Source: an uncultured bacterium (GTDB lineage Bacteria; Hydrothermota; UBA3072; B12-G15). From it: a stretch of DNA of 59,827 nucleotides. The position numbers and the translations under genes are program-made. Where the stretch lies: positions 4,500 to 64,326 of the forward strand of contig CAZQRW010000004.1 of assembly GCA_964596115.1 (NCBI GenBank). Reading direction: 5' to 3'. Below, in pieces: positions 8,577 to 18,468 of the stretch. The notes below the pieces were generated by a model. The model ran no database searches. It saw nothing but the letters and a program-made list of their open reading frames with translations, and was not told where the DNA came from. The stretch's first letter is position 1. Each line of letters starts with the position of its first letter.

Positions 8577-9737
8577 TTACTCTCCCTTTGAGTTTACCTT
8601 CAGAACTATCTTACTTGGAGATTGTTCCTTCACCTCAATAATAAAATGGGGTAAACCCTTTCTAATAAGTTCCATAACAAGATTCTCAGAATTCCCCTCA
8701 TATTCAACTTCATAAATGGCACTGCCTGCTTGAAATCCATGTGAATAAATACCTTTTACCCCCCTAATAACTGTACTGAATTCATTTTTAAATGTATATG
8801 CATCATCAAAACTTCTAAATCCATAAACATTAAGCTCTATCTTTTGTGCTCCACTCTCCTCTTGAGACCATTTACTCAAGATTTTGTTTATAAGTTCTGT
8901 ACTTGCAAGTTTGGTTGCCTTCTTTATTGCCTCTGTTCCACCTGAAAGTTCATCAATGTGAACAGCTGCAGCGTGCTTTGAGGCTACTGCAATGACCTCT
9001 CCACTGGACACATCGATTGCCCTTAAATTTACATCAGCCTGGCAGGATTTCATGTTACCGAGTATCTTCTCAACTCCTGATGCCACGTTTGCCATTGCTT
9101 TACCAACAATTAAAACCTCTGCTTTTGCCATCATCCCCAAAGACTTAGCAGCTTTAACATCACCAGAAATTGCAGCAATAGCAACAGATTTTTTTACTTT
9201 TGCCTTAACTGCGCTTTCGTCAACAAATGAGAATCCTTTTGACATAAAGGTTTCCATCACAATATCCTCTGCTGTATTCATATTAACATCAAATACACTA
9301 CCACTTGCGGCACCAATGTTATTCTCTTGAATTATTACCATCATTCGTGGAAGATTTTTTCTCCTTAGAAGAAGACCTATTGCCGCAAGATCGTCCTTCA
9401 ACATACCTGTTTTTACCTGAGCCTTTATCTTTACCCTATACCTATACTCATCCAATTTTCCCTCGGTGATAATTGAATAGCTTGAGACATAGCCTGCAGA
9501 CCTTGAATATATTCTATCATCAAGAATCATAAAATTTTTCGCAATTGTCTCAGAGGATATGAGCAAGCCCACTGCCTGCTCAACTGCATTCCTCAAGGCC
9601 TCATCTATTGCATTGTCCCTTGCCTTTGCGATATCGTTTTGGACAATGCTACCTTCACCTTCAACTACTATCTCTTTCACATCTTGTGCAAAAAGAGGGA
9701 TAAGAAAAAAAATAGAAATGATAAGGTATCTCCTCAT
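8577..9737 (-). CDS. Secreted protein with flagellar assembly protein T (FlgT) N-terminal-like domain
   Basis: Signal peptide; VVEGEGSIVQNDIAKARDNAIDEALRNAVEQAVG; second CsgG-like alpha/beta segment. Confidence 0.8.
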   Translation of the reverse strand: MRRYLIISIFFLIPLFAQDVKEIVVEGEGSIVQNDIAKARDNAIDEALRNAVEQAVGLLISSETIAKNFMILDDRIYSRSAGYVSSYSIITEGKLDEYRYRVKIKAQVKTGMLKDDLAAIGLLLRRKNLPRMMVIIQENNIGAASGSVFDVNMNTAEDIVMETFMSKGFSFVDESAVKAKVKKSVAIAAISGDVKAAKSLGMMAKAEVLIVGKAMANVASGVEKILGNMKSCQADVNLRAIDVSSGEVIAVASKHAAAVHIDELSGGTEAIKKATKLASTELINKILSKWSQEESGAQKIELNVYGFRSFDDAYTFKNEFSTVIRGVKGIYSHGFQAGSAIYEVEYEGNSENLVMELIRKGLPHFIIEVKEQSPSKIVLKVNSKGE

Positions 9738-9746
9738 TCTCTCCCC

Positions 9747-10874
9747 CTAAAGATTTGCCTTTACTCTCTTCATTATTAGTAATGCATCCTTTCCCTTGAC
9801 ATTATCAGAGAGCCCAAATGTTCCATCTATTTTTGCACTCATAATACCTCTTGTAGTAACAAGCATAATTGCGTTAAAGGCATAATGAGAATTAGGAACA
9901 TCAGGAAAGGGGGAAGTGTTGCCTATAAATCTAGTAGTGAGTGCTGGATCCTTTAAAAGACCCGCCAATAAATTCTGGACTGCCATTGCAAAATTCGCCC
10001 TTGTTATTGGCTTATTCGGATAAAAATTCCCGTCGGGGAATGGCTCCATAATACCAAGACTCATAACCTTCATTATATAGTGTTTTGCCCAGTTGTCCTT
10101 AACATCAGGCGGAATTATTATCCCCGTCTTTGATTCGGGTCTACCCATTATTTCTTTTTGCTCGGGTGCATAAAATTTCTTTTGTTCTGGTGGCCCTGGC
10201 TTTTTGGCAATCTTGTCAAGATCCAACTTAACAACAAAGAGGGCAGCAAGATCAGCCCTTGTTATGGCAGGTGCCCTTGCAATTGCAAGGTATTGTGGTG
10301 GAAGGCCAGCTGCAGCCCTTCTCATATCCTGCATTACCTGCCACCTATCATTCAATTCCTGCGAATTTGGCAATTTTTTCATTCCTTCGTTGTAGGTTTC
10401 TTCAGCCCTGTTATACATTTTCATATTAACATACGCATCTGCTTTATATATATACGCCTCTTCATATGTAGGGTCTATCTTTATACCCTTATCAAACCAC
10501 TTTATTGCGCCCTTGTTATTTCCTTTTGCCATCAATATTCTTCCCATCCCAATCATTGCTGGAGCAAATTCTGAATCAAGATCTAATGCTTTCTTCATAT
10601 ATTTTTCTGATAGTTTAACATCCTTCATTTCAAGGTAAACGAGACCCATACCTTCATAACCAGGGGCATATTTTTTATCCAGTTGAATCGCTCTGTTAAA
10701 CTCCTTTCTCGCTTCATTTACCTCTCCAAGTTTTAAAAGTCTTTTACCCTCCGTATAGTGTGCCTGAGGAGTGTCCATTAACCCTCCAGGAGTCAATGTT
10801 TGTTTTTTTGCACACCCAAAGGATAAAATAAGGAAACCAAGAAAAAATATGATAGGTCTTTCTAAATTTTTCAT
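9747..10874 (-). CDS. Lipoprotein with TPR repeats and C-terminal S-layer homology (SLH) domains
   Basis: Lipobox LSFG-C; TPRs; SLH-like ITRADLA, DVKDNWAKHYI...FYPNKPITRANFA, FPDVPNSHYAF. Start at 10874 (GGAGGTG SD). Confidence 0.88.
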   Translation of the reverse strand: MKNLERPIIFFLGFLILSFGCAKKQTLTPGGLMDTPQAHYTEGKRLLKLGEVNEARKEFNRAIQLDKKYAPGYEGMGLVYLEMKDVKLSEKYMKKALDLDSEFAPAMIGMGRILMAKGNNKGAIKWFDKGIKIDPTYEEAYIYKADAYVNMKMYNRAEETYNEGMKKLPNSQELNDRWQVMQDMRRAAAGLPPQYLAIARAPAITRADLAALFVVKLDLDKIAKKPGPPEQKKFYAPEQKEIMGRPESKTGIIIPPDVKDNWAKHYIMKVMSLGIMEPFPDGNFYPNKPITRANFAMAVQNLLAGLLKDPALTTRFIGNTSPFPDVPNSHYAFNAIMLVTTRGIMSAKIDGTFGLSDNVKGKDALLIMKRVKANL

Positions 10875-10939
10875 ACCCTCACCTCCTAAGGTTTTCGAGC
10901 AAAACAATGCAATTAATGTTTACAGTTAACTTGTATTTA

Positions 10940-11773
10940 TTAATCAACTATAACCAATACCCGGCACTGCTGAAGAAAATTAAGGTTTTCACTATACTGA
11001 TGAATCTTCATCGCATCATTGGGGGAAATAATAATATCCGTCTTATTAGTGCCTGTTACACCAATCCCTTTTATAATAAGTGGGTTAGGCTTCACCCTTT
11101 CATCCTGTCTTGCCTGATTAAAATTCTTGGCATAGCCAACAATACCCATCTTAATGGCATAATCGTGTGAAACAAATCCTGTTCCATAGACCTCCACTCC
11201 ATCTGGTGTCAATATCTTTGGTGCCATTGCAGGTTGCACTTTAAGTCCCCTTGCATCTATAATGAGTCCTGTATATATCCCTCCTTGTTGCGGTTGGATT
11301 ATTGGATTCATCCCTCCCATCTCGGGTGGAAGCAGTGTTGCTGTCATATCCCCAGTAATTGGAACTTCAACATCGACCTCTATGGATCCATCAGACATAT
11401 ACCTAATATCTGTTACGGTAAAATTTCTAATTATACCCTGTATTCTAGTACTTATAACATCTGAGGCAGTCATAGCATTCTCAACCGTAGTTTGAGCATC
11501 TATATAAACCCCTTTTATGATTTCCAGTACGTTTCTAAATGCATCAAGTTTCGCAGCTCTTATAGCACCTGGCCTTTGCGCAGCCACAGGAAGATCAGGG
11601 TTGGGCGCACCTATTCCAGTTACTACTATAATCCCCTTTGTCCAATCAATACCACCATACTCAGTCTTTTGGATGAAATCATAGTTTACAAGGATATTAC
11701 TATTTTGAGTTTCGGTTTGAGCAAATAACATTATACTCCCCAATAAAATAAAACTTATCTTCTTTATACCCAT
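10940..11773 (-). CDS. Secreted LPP20-like domain protein
   Basis: IDWTKGIIVVTGIG, AIRAAKLDAFRNVLE, YTGLIIDARG...PAMAPKI. Start at 11773 (AAGGAGGTG SD). No lipobox Cys. Confidence 0.8.
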   Translation of the reverse strand: MGIKKISFILLGSIMLFAQTETQNSNILVNYDFIQKTEYGGIDWTKGIIVVTGIGAPNPDLPVAAQRPGAIRAAKLDAFRNVLEIIKGVYIDAQTTVENAMTASDVISTRIQGIIRNFTVTDIRYMSDGSIEVDVEVPITGDMTATLLPPEMGGMNPIIQPQQGGIYTGLIIDARGLKVQPAMAPKILTPDGVEVYGTGFVSHDYAIKMGIVGYAKNFNQARQDERVKPNPLIIKGIGVTGTNKTDIIISPNDAMKIHQYSENLNFLQQCRVLVIVD

Positions 11774-11817
11774 AAAGCACCTCCTTTTAAGATTTAACTC
11801 GATCAAAACCTAAAAAA

Positions 11818-11845
11818 ATTATACCTTTTGAGTTAGTACTGTCAA
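11818..11845 (-). promoter_or_regulatory. Perfect-consensus promoter TTGACA-N16-TATAAT of the envelope operon
   Basis: Both hexamers are exact consensus. Confidence 0.8.
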
Positions 11846-11994
11846 GGAAAAAATCCTTCGTTGAAAAAGCAGACTGAATCTTTGATTAGATTCAAATGTA
11901 TTTGATTTTGACAAACATCTCTATATATAGGAATTCTAACTATTAATGTTATCAAGGGAAATCCACTCTCTTTAAATATTAATAAAACTATAAT

Positions 11995-13122
11995 TCAGGG
12001 AACAGGAAAAACCCTCGTAAGCCTCCCCAATTCATCGTATTCATATTTTAATTTATAATAAAATTCTTTGCTGTCTTCATTCTTTGAATATCCTTCTTCT
12101 AAAATAACATTTCCCCAGGTAAGAAAATCAAGGTAAAACCTATCCTTTAAAAATGACCGAAATTTCTCTGTCTCTACGTTTTTTTTGGGCATTTGTGCAT
12201 AAGTAAATTTGAGATATCCCTCGACTCTGTCGTTCTCTCCTATTATTTTTTGTTCTGTTAACCTTCCTTCACTGTCATATCTATATTTTTTGGAATTCTT
12301 GTATTTCCCGTTAATAAAAATTTTCTCTTCCATTATATTTCCCTGTCCATCATAGGAAAATTTATAGAGAATTATAACTGGTTTTCCTTCGACGGTTTGA
12401 CTTATGTCCTGTCTTTCAATTTCTTTCTTTCCATCGTACGAATGGACTATCTTAGAAATAATACGTCCATCATTAAGATATGTGGCTTCATTTATAAGTC
12501 TCTCCTCCTCATCGTAACCAAAAATAGAATATGTATTTAAGTATAAATCTTTCAATCCTCTAAAAAACACCTCCTGCTTTATGGGTTTACCCCTGTCATT
12601 ATATGTATAAATATTTTTTCTTTCTTCAGTGCCATCAAGATCAAAAATAGCACTCTCAAGTAAATTGCCTTCCCCATCAAAAGAATAATTTATTGTTACA
12701 AAGGCATTAAATGGAATAAACGTATGTTTATCCTCTACTACCCATCCCATTTTATCGAATTTTCTAATCCATTCCTCTAAATATCTTCCATTTAACAGGG
12801 ATTTATGGAGTATACTTCCCTCATTGTCAAAAAAAAGGTAGTGGGCAAGTGTCTCTTCTGAAAAAATATCCCCCTTAGATATGTCTCTATATATATAGAC
12901 TTCCTCTTTTGCCTCACTCCCTCCCATCCTGCTCAAAACCGATAATCCCTTCTGAAAGGTCTCTTCACCTTCGGCATCAAATCCCTTAATTTTTAAAAGT
13001 TCATCTTTCTCAGATAGATAAAGTTTATATATCTTGGTATACTTTTTGAATTCGCCTACTATCGAATCCAATTTTTCATCGATTCTTTCTGTATATTTAG
13101 TTGTTACTTTTGAAACAATCAT
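11995..13122 (-). CDS. Hypothetical protein with YD/RHS-like repeats
   Basis: Recurrent YxYD/N-xxG-R/N units (YSFDGEGNL, YTYNDRGKP, FSYDGQGNI, YRYDSEGRL, YEYDELGRL); AGGAG SD. Confidence 0.75.
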   Translation of the reverse strand: MIVSKVTTKYTERIDEKLDSIVGEFKKYTKIYKLYLSEKDELLKIKGFDAEGEETFQKGLSVLSRMGGSEAKEEVYIYRDISKGDIFSEETLAHYLFFDNEGSILHKSLLNGRYLEEWIRKFDKMGWVVEDKHTFIPFNAFVTINYSFDGEGNLLESAIFDLDGTEERKNIYTYNDRGKPIKQEVFFRGLKDLYLNTYSIFGYDEEERLINEATYLNDGRIISKIVHSYDGKKEIERQDISQTVEGKPVIILYKFSYDGQGNIMEEKIFINGKYKNSKKYRYDSEGRLTEQKIIGENDRVEGYLKFTYAQMPKKNVETEKFRSFLKDRFYLDFLTWGNVILEEGYSKNEDSKEFYYKLKYEYDELGRLTRVFPVP

Positions 13123-13228
13123 ATATGTCTCCTTTTCTCCTCTAAGTTTAAAGCAAAATTAAAAAAATGCAAATATCCAGATCAAAAAATGGTAACCTTC
13201 ATTATTTTTTCTCTATCTTTATACCCGC

Positions 13229-13256
13229 TTGACTTTAACCAGATTAAGAATAATAT
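13229..13256 (+). promoter_or_regulatory. Promoter TTGACT-N16-TAATAT, 6 nt before the ftsK ATG (leaderless)
   Basis: Hexamers read directly; no SD. Confidence 0.7.
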
Positions 13257-13262
13257 AAGATT

Positions 13263-15524
13263 ATGAGAATTTTTTACGCGTTCATACTACTTGTATTTTT
13301 GTATTTATTAATAATGGGCATCTATTTTTCCTTAAAGGATATGGGAGATGAGAAGAAGAGAAGAATTAACGGTTTCCTCCTGTTATTTCTTTTCGTCATT
13401 ATTTTCTTAAGCCTTATCTCTTTTTTTATTCATCCGATACCAACAAAAAACATCTTTGGACTCACGGGATATTACCTTTCGAAGCTGCTATTTCATAGCT
13501 TTGGCTTGTCTACCTTTATTCTTCCATTTCTGCTTCTACTTGCATCCATCTCATTATTCAAAAACGATGTAAAAAAATTTTTCTATAAATATGGGGCATT
13601 TACCGTTGGTTTATTCATTGTTCTACTTCTATCTATATCTCTTCTCCCAGTAGGGTATATGAAAAAAGGTTATCTTGGAAAAATTGCTGGGAGTTTCCTT
13701 GTATCAAAAATAGGTATTTATGGTTCCATCATTCTAATCGCCTTTCTCTTTTTTATTCTGATTTATTCTTTCAGCCATCTTGTATTCCATATTACCATTA
13801 TGCACATCCCTTCCAGAAAAAAATTAAAAAAACAGGAACGAATACCACTCGCAACGTTAGGCACAAGAAATGTACCAACAAAAAATAAAGTATCACAAGG
13901 CTTGCAAAAACGACAATTTTCTCATCCCATTTCAAGTATAAATAATTATAGTGACAAATTCCTTAAAATACTTACAGAGCCTATCCAGGAAGGCAAGGAA
14001 GGCAGAAGATACTTAAAGGAACTTTCCTTCCGTGTTGAGGAAAAACTGAAGGATTTTGGCGTAAATGGCAGGGTCGTAAATACGATCGTTGGGCCAGTCA
14101 TAACGAGGTTTGAATACAAACCCTCTCCTGGCATCAAAATATCTAAAATAGAAGCACTCGCAGATGACCTTGCAATGGCATTGAGAGCAGAGAAGATAAG
14201 GATACTTGCTCCTATTCCAGGAAAAGAGGTTGTGGGAATTGAAATACCGAACAGAAATAGAGAAATCGTATTCCTTAAAGAATTATTGACAACTGAAACA
14301 TTTCTTTCCAATAACTCCCCTTTATTTATTCCTGTCGGTAAGGATATCACCGGGGAGCCCTATTTTGCAGATATCTGGGATATGCCCCATCTGCTTGTAG
14401 CCGGGGCAACAGGCTCAGGAAAGAGTGTGTTTCTAAACGCAATGATAGCAAGCATACTCTATAAAGCTGGTCCCGAAAGGGTAAGGTTTATAATGATTGA
14501 CCCTAAGAGGATAGAACTTTCCATATATAATGGCATACCTCATCTTCTTGGAAGCGTTATAACAGAGGCGGATACAGCTATGAGGGCACTAAAACAGGCA
14601 CTCCACTGTATGGAGGAAAGGTATAAGGAGTTTGCAAAGATTGGGGTAAGGGATATAAAAGGTTATAATGAAAAACAAAAAGAGAAAATGGCCTACATAA
14701 TTTTTGTTATAGATGAACTGGCGGATCTTTTGTTATCAAAGGGTAGAGAGGTTGAATCGGCATTGATAAGACTTGCACAGATGGCAAGGGCAGTGGGTAT
14801 TCATCTTGTCCTTGCAACCCAGAGGCCCTCTGTAGATGTAATAACGGGCCTTATTAAGGCAAATTTCCCATCGAGAATATCCTTTCAGGTTGCCTCAAGG
14901 AATGATGCAAAAACGATTATGGATAATACTGGTGCAGAAAAACTCCTTGGTAGAGGAGACATGCTCTTTATTCCTCCAAAGAGTGGAAGCCCGATAAGAC
15001 TTCATGGACCATATATATCGACTGAAGAAACCAAAAAAATTGTATACCTTATAGGTGGAAAATATATAGAAGGGTTAATGAAACACAATTTTAAAAGAAG
15101 CGACGAAATTGCTAAACTCATAATAGAAGAAGATGTACTTGACGCAATAGCAAATCCGTTAGTCCCGGCTGGGGAAGAAAGACTTGAAAATTTTGCAAGG
15201 TTTTTGGAGAGAGAGATTGGTGTCTCTGCAAATGAATTCAAAAGATTCGTTGAAGAACTTGAATACTACCCTCCTCTATTAGAATTTGATATGCCTTTGC
15301 CCGTAACAACAGAAGAGGGATATTTAGAAGGGGAATGGGACGAGCTATTTGAAGAGGCAAAACGGATTGTAATAAGACACGGGACTGCCTCCGCCTCTCT
15401 CCTTCAGAGAAAATTGAAGATAGGTTTTGCTCGAGCTGGAAGGTTGATTGACCAGTTGGAAAAGGCCGGCATTGTTGGTCCATTTAAGGGTTCAAAATCA
15501 AGGGACGTTCTGATAAAAGAATGA
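13263..15524 (+). CDS. ftsK: DNA translocase FtsK/SpoIIIE
   Basis: N-terminal TM helices; MPHLLVAGATGSGKS; IDELADL; ATQRPSVDVITG; gamma domain SASLLQRKLKIGFARAGRLIDQLE. Confidence 0.96.
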   Translation: MRIFYAFILLVFLYLLIMGIYFSLKDMGDEKKRRINGFLLLFLFVIIFLSLISFFIHPIPTKNIFGLTGYYLSKLLFHSFGLSTFILPFLLLLASISLFKNDVKKFFYKYGAFTVGLFIVLLLSISLLPVGYMKKGYLGKIAGSFLVSKIGIYGSIILIAFLFFILIYSFSHLVFHITIMHIPSRKKLKKQERIPLATLGTRNVPTKNKVSQGLQKRQFSHPISSINNYSDKFLKILTEPIQEGKEGRRYLKELSFRVEEKLKDFGVNGRVVNTIVGPVITRFEYKPSPGIKISKIEALADDLAMALRAEKIRILAPIPGKEVVGIEIPNRNREIVFLKELLTTETFLSNNSPLFIPVGKDITGEPYFADIWDMPHLLVAGATGSGKSVFLNAMIASILYKAGPERVRFIMIDPKRIELSIYNGIPHLLGSVITEADTAMRALKQALHCMEERYKEFAKIGVRDIKGYNEKQKEKMAYIIFVIDELADLLLSKGREVESALIRLAQMARAVGIHLVLATQRPSVDVITGLIKANFPSRISFQVASRNDAKTIMDNTGAEKLLGRGDMLFIPPKSGSPIRLHGPYISTEETKKIVYLIGGKYIEGLMKHNFKRSDEIAKLIIEEDVLDAIANPLVPAGEERLENFARFLEREIGVSANEFKRFVEELEYYPPLLEFDMPLPVTTEEGYLEGEWDELFEEAKRIVIRHGTASASLLQRKLKIGFARAGRLIDQLEKAGIVGPFKGSKSRDVLIKE

Positions 15525-15979
15525 TAATACTCTTCCTACTCAATACCAATAATTCTATTTTTAATATTCCGACAAACACAAAAATAATAGAAGCCACATT
15601 TGTAGAAACATTGCTATACGATAAGGAATCTCAGTTTTTTGAGGGAAAAATTTTTCTCAAAAAAGATGGTTTCAAGATATATGTATTTAAGCCAGATTCT
15701 CAATTAATAATTGGAAATAAAATGTTGGAAATTTATACATCTGATGGAGAAACCCTTACAATGGATAATCCCTTTAATATTTCTGCAATTTTTTTCCATC
15801 CGGAAGATGAATTTAGTATATTAAAAAGAACAAAAACAGATTATTATTTAATGCCCCGTGACACAACTTCTATAAAGAAAATCTGTCTTTCTTTGATAGA
15901 TAAAATGCCATACAGAATATCTGTCAACTTTGAAGGAAGCAAGGCAATTTTTTATTTAAGAAATTATAGAATACACTAA
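15521..15979 (+). CDS. lolA: Probable outer-membrane lipoprotein carrier LolA-like protein
   Basis: ATFVETL...FFEGKIFLKKDGFKIYVFKPDSQLIIGN resembles the LolA N-terminal strands; coupled to ftsK as in the common ftsK-lolA synteny. Confidence 0.65.
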   Translation: MIILFLLNTNNSIFNIPTNTKIIEATFVETLLYDKESQFFEGKIFLKKDGFKIYVFKPDSQLIIGNKMLEIYTSDGETLTMDNPFNISAIFFHPEDEFSILKRTKTDYYLMPRDTTSIKKICLSLIDKMPYRISVNFEGSKAIFYLRNYRIH

Positions 15980-15984
15980 TTATA

Positions 15985-16012
15985 TTGACAATTGGACTAT
16001 TAGAACTATAAT
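15985..16012 (+). promoter_or_regulatory. Perfect-consensus promoter TTGACA-N16-TATAAT
   Basis: Exact hexamers; short leader with GGAGG SD. Confidence 0.8.
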
Positions 16013-16032
16013 CGAAAAAAGGAGGTAAATGA

Positions 16033-18468
16033 ATGACAATTTTAATTGTGCTTTTAATGTCTCAGATCCCTCAAAATATATTAAAGGCTGTCTCACAGAA
16101 ATCTATTCCAGCCATCTCTCAAAAACAACAAACATATAGAACTTTTCCGGAAAGTCTTATATTGAAGATGCAAACACAGCCTTCTGAGATTGAAAAGATG
16201 TATAACAATTACGGTCTTGCAATCAAAGGGATAAAGATGGAATCTTTATTTATTGATTCATTAGCAAATATAAGAAAATATGTAGGTAAAAAAGAAAAAC
16301 CTTCAGAGTATTTAAAAACCCTTGAACTTGCCGGTTTAAAAGCAGACACTATCAAAGGAATAATTTTTAAGACAAGGGTTGAAACACTAAACATCGGATT
16401 AAAGCAATTTGGTTATAACTTATTTAATATTTTATTCCCCAGAACTATTTCTATTCCTACTGTTGCGCCTACCGACAACTATATTCTGGGCCCTGGAGAT
16501 GAAGTCGATATAAATATCTGGGGTAATATGGAAAATAACCTAAATCCTATTGTGGACAACAGTGGAAATATTTTTGTAAGTGGATATGGTAATATTTTGG
16601 TGGGAGGAAAGACCTTTAAAGAGGCAAGAAAGACTATAATCAATAAGCTCAAAACAAAATTTGCTAATATTTATGTAGGTGTCTCTCTCGGAAGACTAAG
16701 AATGATAACCATCCATCTTGTTGGAGAGTTCTATCTACCAGGCAATTATACTATCTCTCCAAATAGTTCTATCCTTTATGCCTTATTCCAGGGGGGAGGA
16801 CCTAACAAAAACGGGTCTCTAAGAAATATAAAAATAATATCGCGCTCAAAAAAAACCCGGATAATCGACCTCTACCAACTAATGGTAAGCGGTAAATCGC
16901 TTCCACCTATTCAGTTTAATGACGGTGATATTATTTTCGTACCACCTATCGGGAAAACTGCTGCTATCGGTGGGGCTGTTAAAAGGCCTGGGATATATGA
17001 ACTAAAACCAAACGATAATATGAAATTACTCCTCAAGATGTCTGGCGGAGTGTTGCCAACCGCATATACAAAAAGGATTGAAATTGAAAGGGTAAAGGGG
17101 CACAAAACGAAGGTTGTCTATGATGAAAATTTTACTTCTTATGAGGATTTTGTGAAACAAGAGAATTTGATAAGAATCCAGGATGGTGATCTCATTATGA
17201 TATACCCTGTTAACAAAATAAGAAAGGGATACGTTTCCGTTTCGGGCAATGTAATGTATCCTGGGGAATATAAACTTGATAAGAATGTGCACTTATTTTC
17301 TCTTTTAAAAAAGGCAGGTATAAAGAGGGGAACATATATGGAAAGAGGTGAAATTTTAAGATATCTCACAGACTCTACAAGAAAAATAATAGGATTCCCT
17401 CTGCAGAAAATACTGAGCGATTCAACCCTTGATACATTTAAACTTGCCGAATGGGATAGCATTGTTTTATTTCCTAAAGACATTGTAAAATCAAGAGAAT
17501 TTGTAAATATCTATGGCGCAGTAAATAACCCTGGCACATATACACTTACCCCTGGACTTACCCTGGGTGACCTTCTCTTTACGGCAGTCCCTCAAGCAGG
17601 CGCCAACCTTCAGAATTGCGAATTGATTAGAAAAAAGGGAGAAAAGTTTGTTATTAAAAAAGTTGATCTCACAAAAGATCAAAATCTGAAGATCCCTTTA
17701 AAATTCAGAGATAACCTTATAATAAAAGGGGAAGCACTGTTCCCAAGAAATGTTGTTATCACAGGAGAGATCAAGTTTCCTGGACAATACATTTTGCGTA
17801 CGAACGAAACCCTGAAGTCTTTAATTGAGAGGGCTGGAGGATTACTCGAAGATGCATATATTGAAGGTATTGTTCTTACGAGGAAGACTGTAAAGGAATT
17901 ACAGGGTGAAGCAATGCAGGATCTCCTCACCAATGCAAGAAAAAGCGTATTAAATCAGCAGTCAATACTGCTCTCAGAACGGGGTACCGCTGCCGAATTA
18001 CAATCAAAACAGAGCATTTTAAACCAACAATTACAATTAATTCAATCATTAAGTACAGAAAACGTAACAGGTAGGGTGGCTATTCCATTTAGACAATTAA
18101 AAAACCTGAATATTACGCTTGAAGATGGGGATTCTTTATACATTCCTAAAATACCTTCTACTGTTCAGGTTATTGGGGCAGTATACAATCCGGCTGGTTT
18201 TATCTTCAACGAGAAACTAAAGGTAAGAGATTACATTGATCTTGCCGGAGGATTGATGCCAGATGCAAATAGAAAAGCGATATATGTTAGAAGGGCATCA
18301 GGAATTTCGGTAAAAAGGCCTCGAAAATTAAAAAGAGGGGATACGGTAATCGTTCCTAGAAAAACAAGTGCCCCCAGGTCATTGATGGACACGATAAAAG
18401 ACCTTGCATTAATTGCCTACGAGATGGGTGTAGCAATAGCATCTTTAAACACCCTTCTTAAAAAATAA
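16033..18468 (+). CDS. Polysaccharide export protein with multiple SLBB domains (Wza/KpsD-like)
   Basis: YILGPGDEV.INIWG (Poly_export) and repeated V.GEV..PG.Y SLBB units. Confidence 0.9.
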   Translation: MTILIVLLMSQIPQNILKAVSQKSIPAISQKQQTYRTFPESLILKMQTQPSEIEKMYNNYGLAIKGIKMESLFIDSLANIRKYVGKKEKPSEYLKTLELAGLKADTIKGIIFKTRVETLNIGLKQFGYNLFNILFPRTISIPTVAPTDNYILGPGDEVDINIWGNMENNLNPIVDNSGNIFVSGYGNILVGGKTFKEARKTIINKLKTKFANIYVGVSLGRLRMITIHLVGEFYLPGNYTISPNSSILYALFQGGGPNKNGSLRNIKIISRSKKTRIIDLYQLMVSGKSLPPIQFNDGDIIFVPPIGKTAAIGGAVKRPGIYELKPNDNMKLLLKMSGGVLPTAYTKRIEIERVKGHKTKVVYDENFTSYEDFVKQENLIRIQDGDLIMIYPVNKIRKGYVSVSGNVMYPGEYKLDKNVHLFSLLKKAGIKRGTYMERGEILRYLTDSTRKIIGFPLQKILSDSTLDTFKLAEWDSIVLFPKDIVKSREFVNIYGAVNNPGTYTLTPGLTLGDLLFTAVPQAGANLQNCELIRKKGEKFVIKKVDLTKDQNLKIPLKFRDNLIIKGEALFPRNVVITGEIKFPGQYILRTNETLKSLIERAGGLLEDAYIEGIVLTRKTVKELQGEAMQDLLTNARKSVLNQQSILLSERGTAAELQSKQSILNQQLQLIQSLSTENVTGRVAIPFRQLKNLNITLEDGDSLYIPKIPSTVQVIGAVYNPAGFIFNEKLKVRDYIDLAGGLMPDANRKAIYVRRASGISVKRPRKLKRGDTVIVPRKTSAPRSLMDTIKDLALIAYEMGVAIASLNTLLKK

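Noticed and set aside
7105-9330. Plus-strand ORFs such as 7105..7548 and 8992..9330
   Set aside because: Antisense shadows of well-supported minus-strand genes; Ser/Ile/Phe-rich composition typical of the reverse frame
11908-11935. Plus-strand TTGACA suggesting an antisense promoter
   Set aside because: No acceptable -10 hexamer at 16-18 bp
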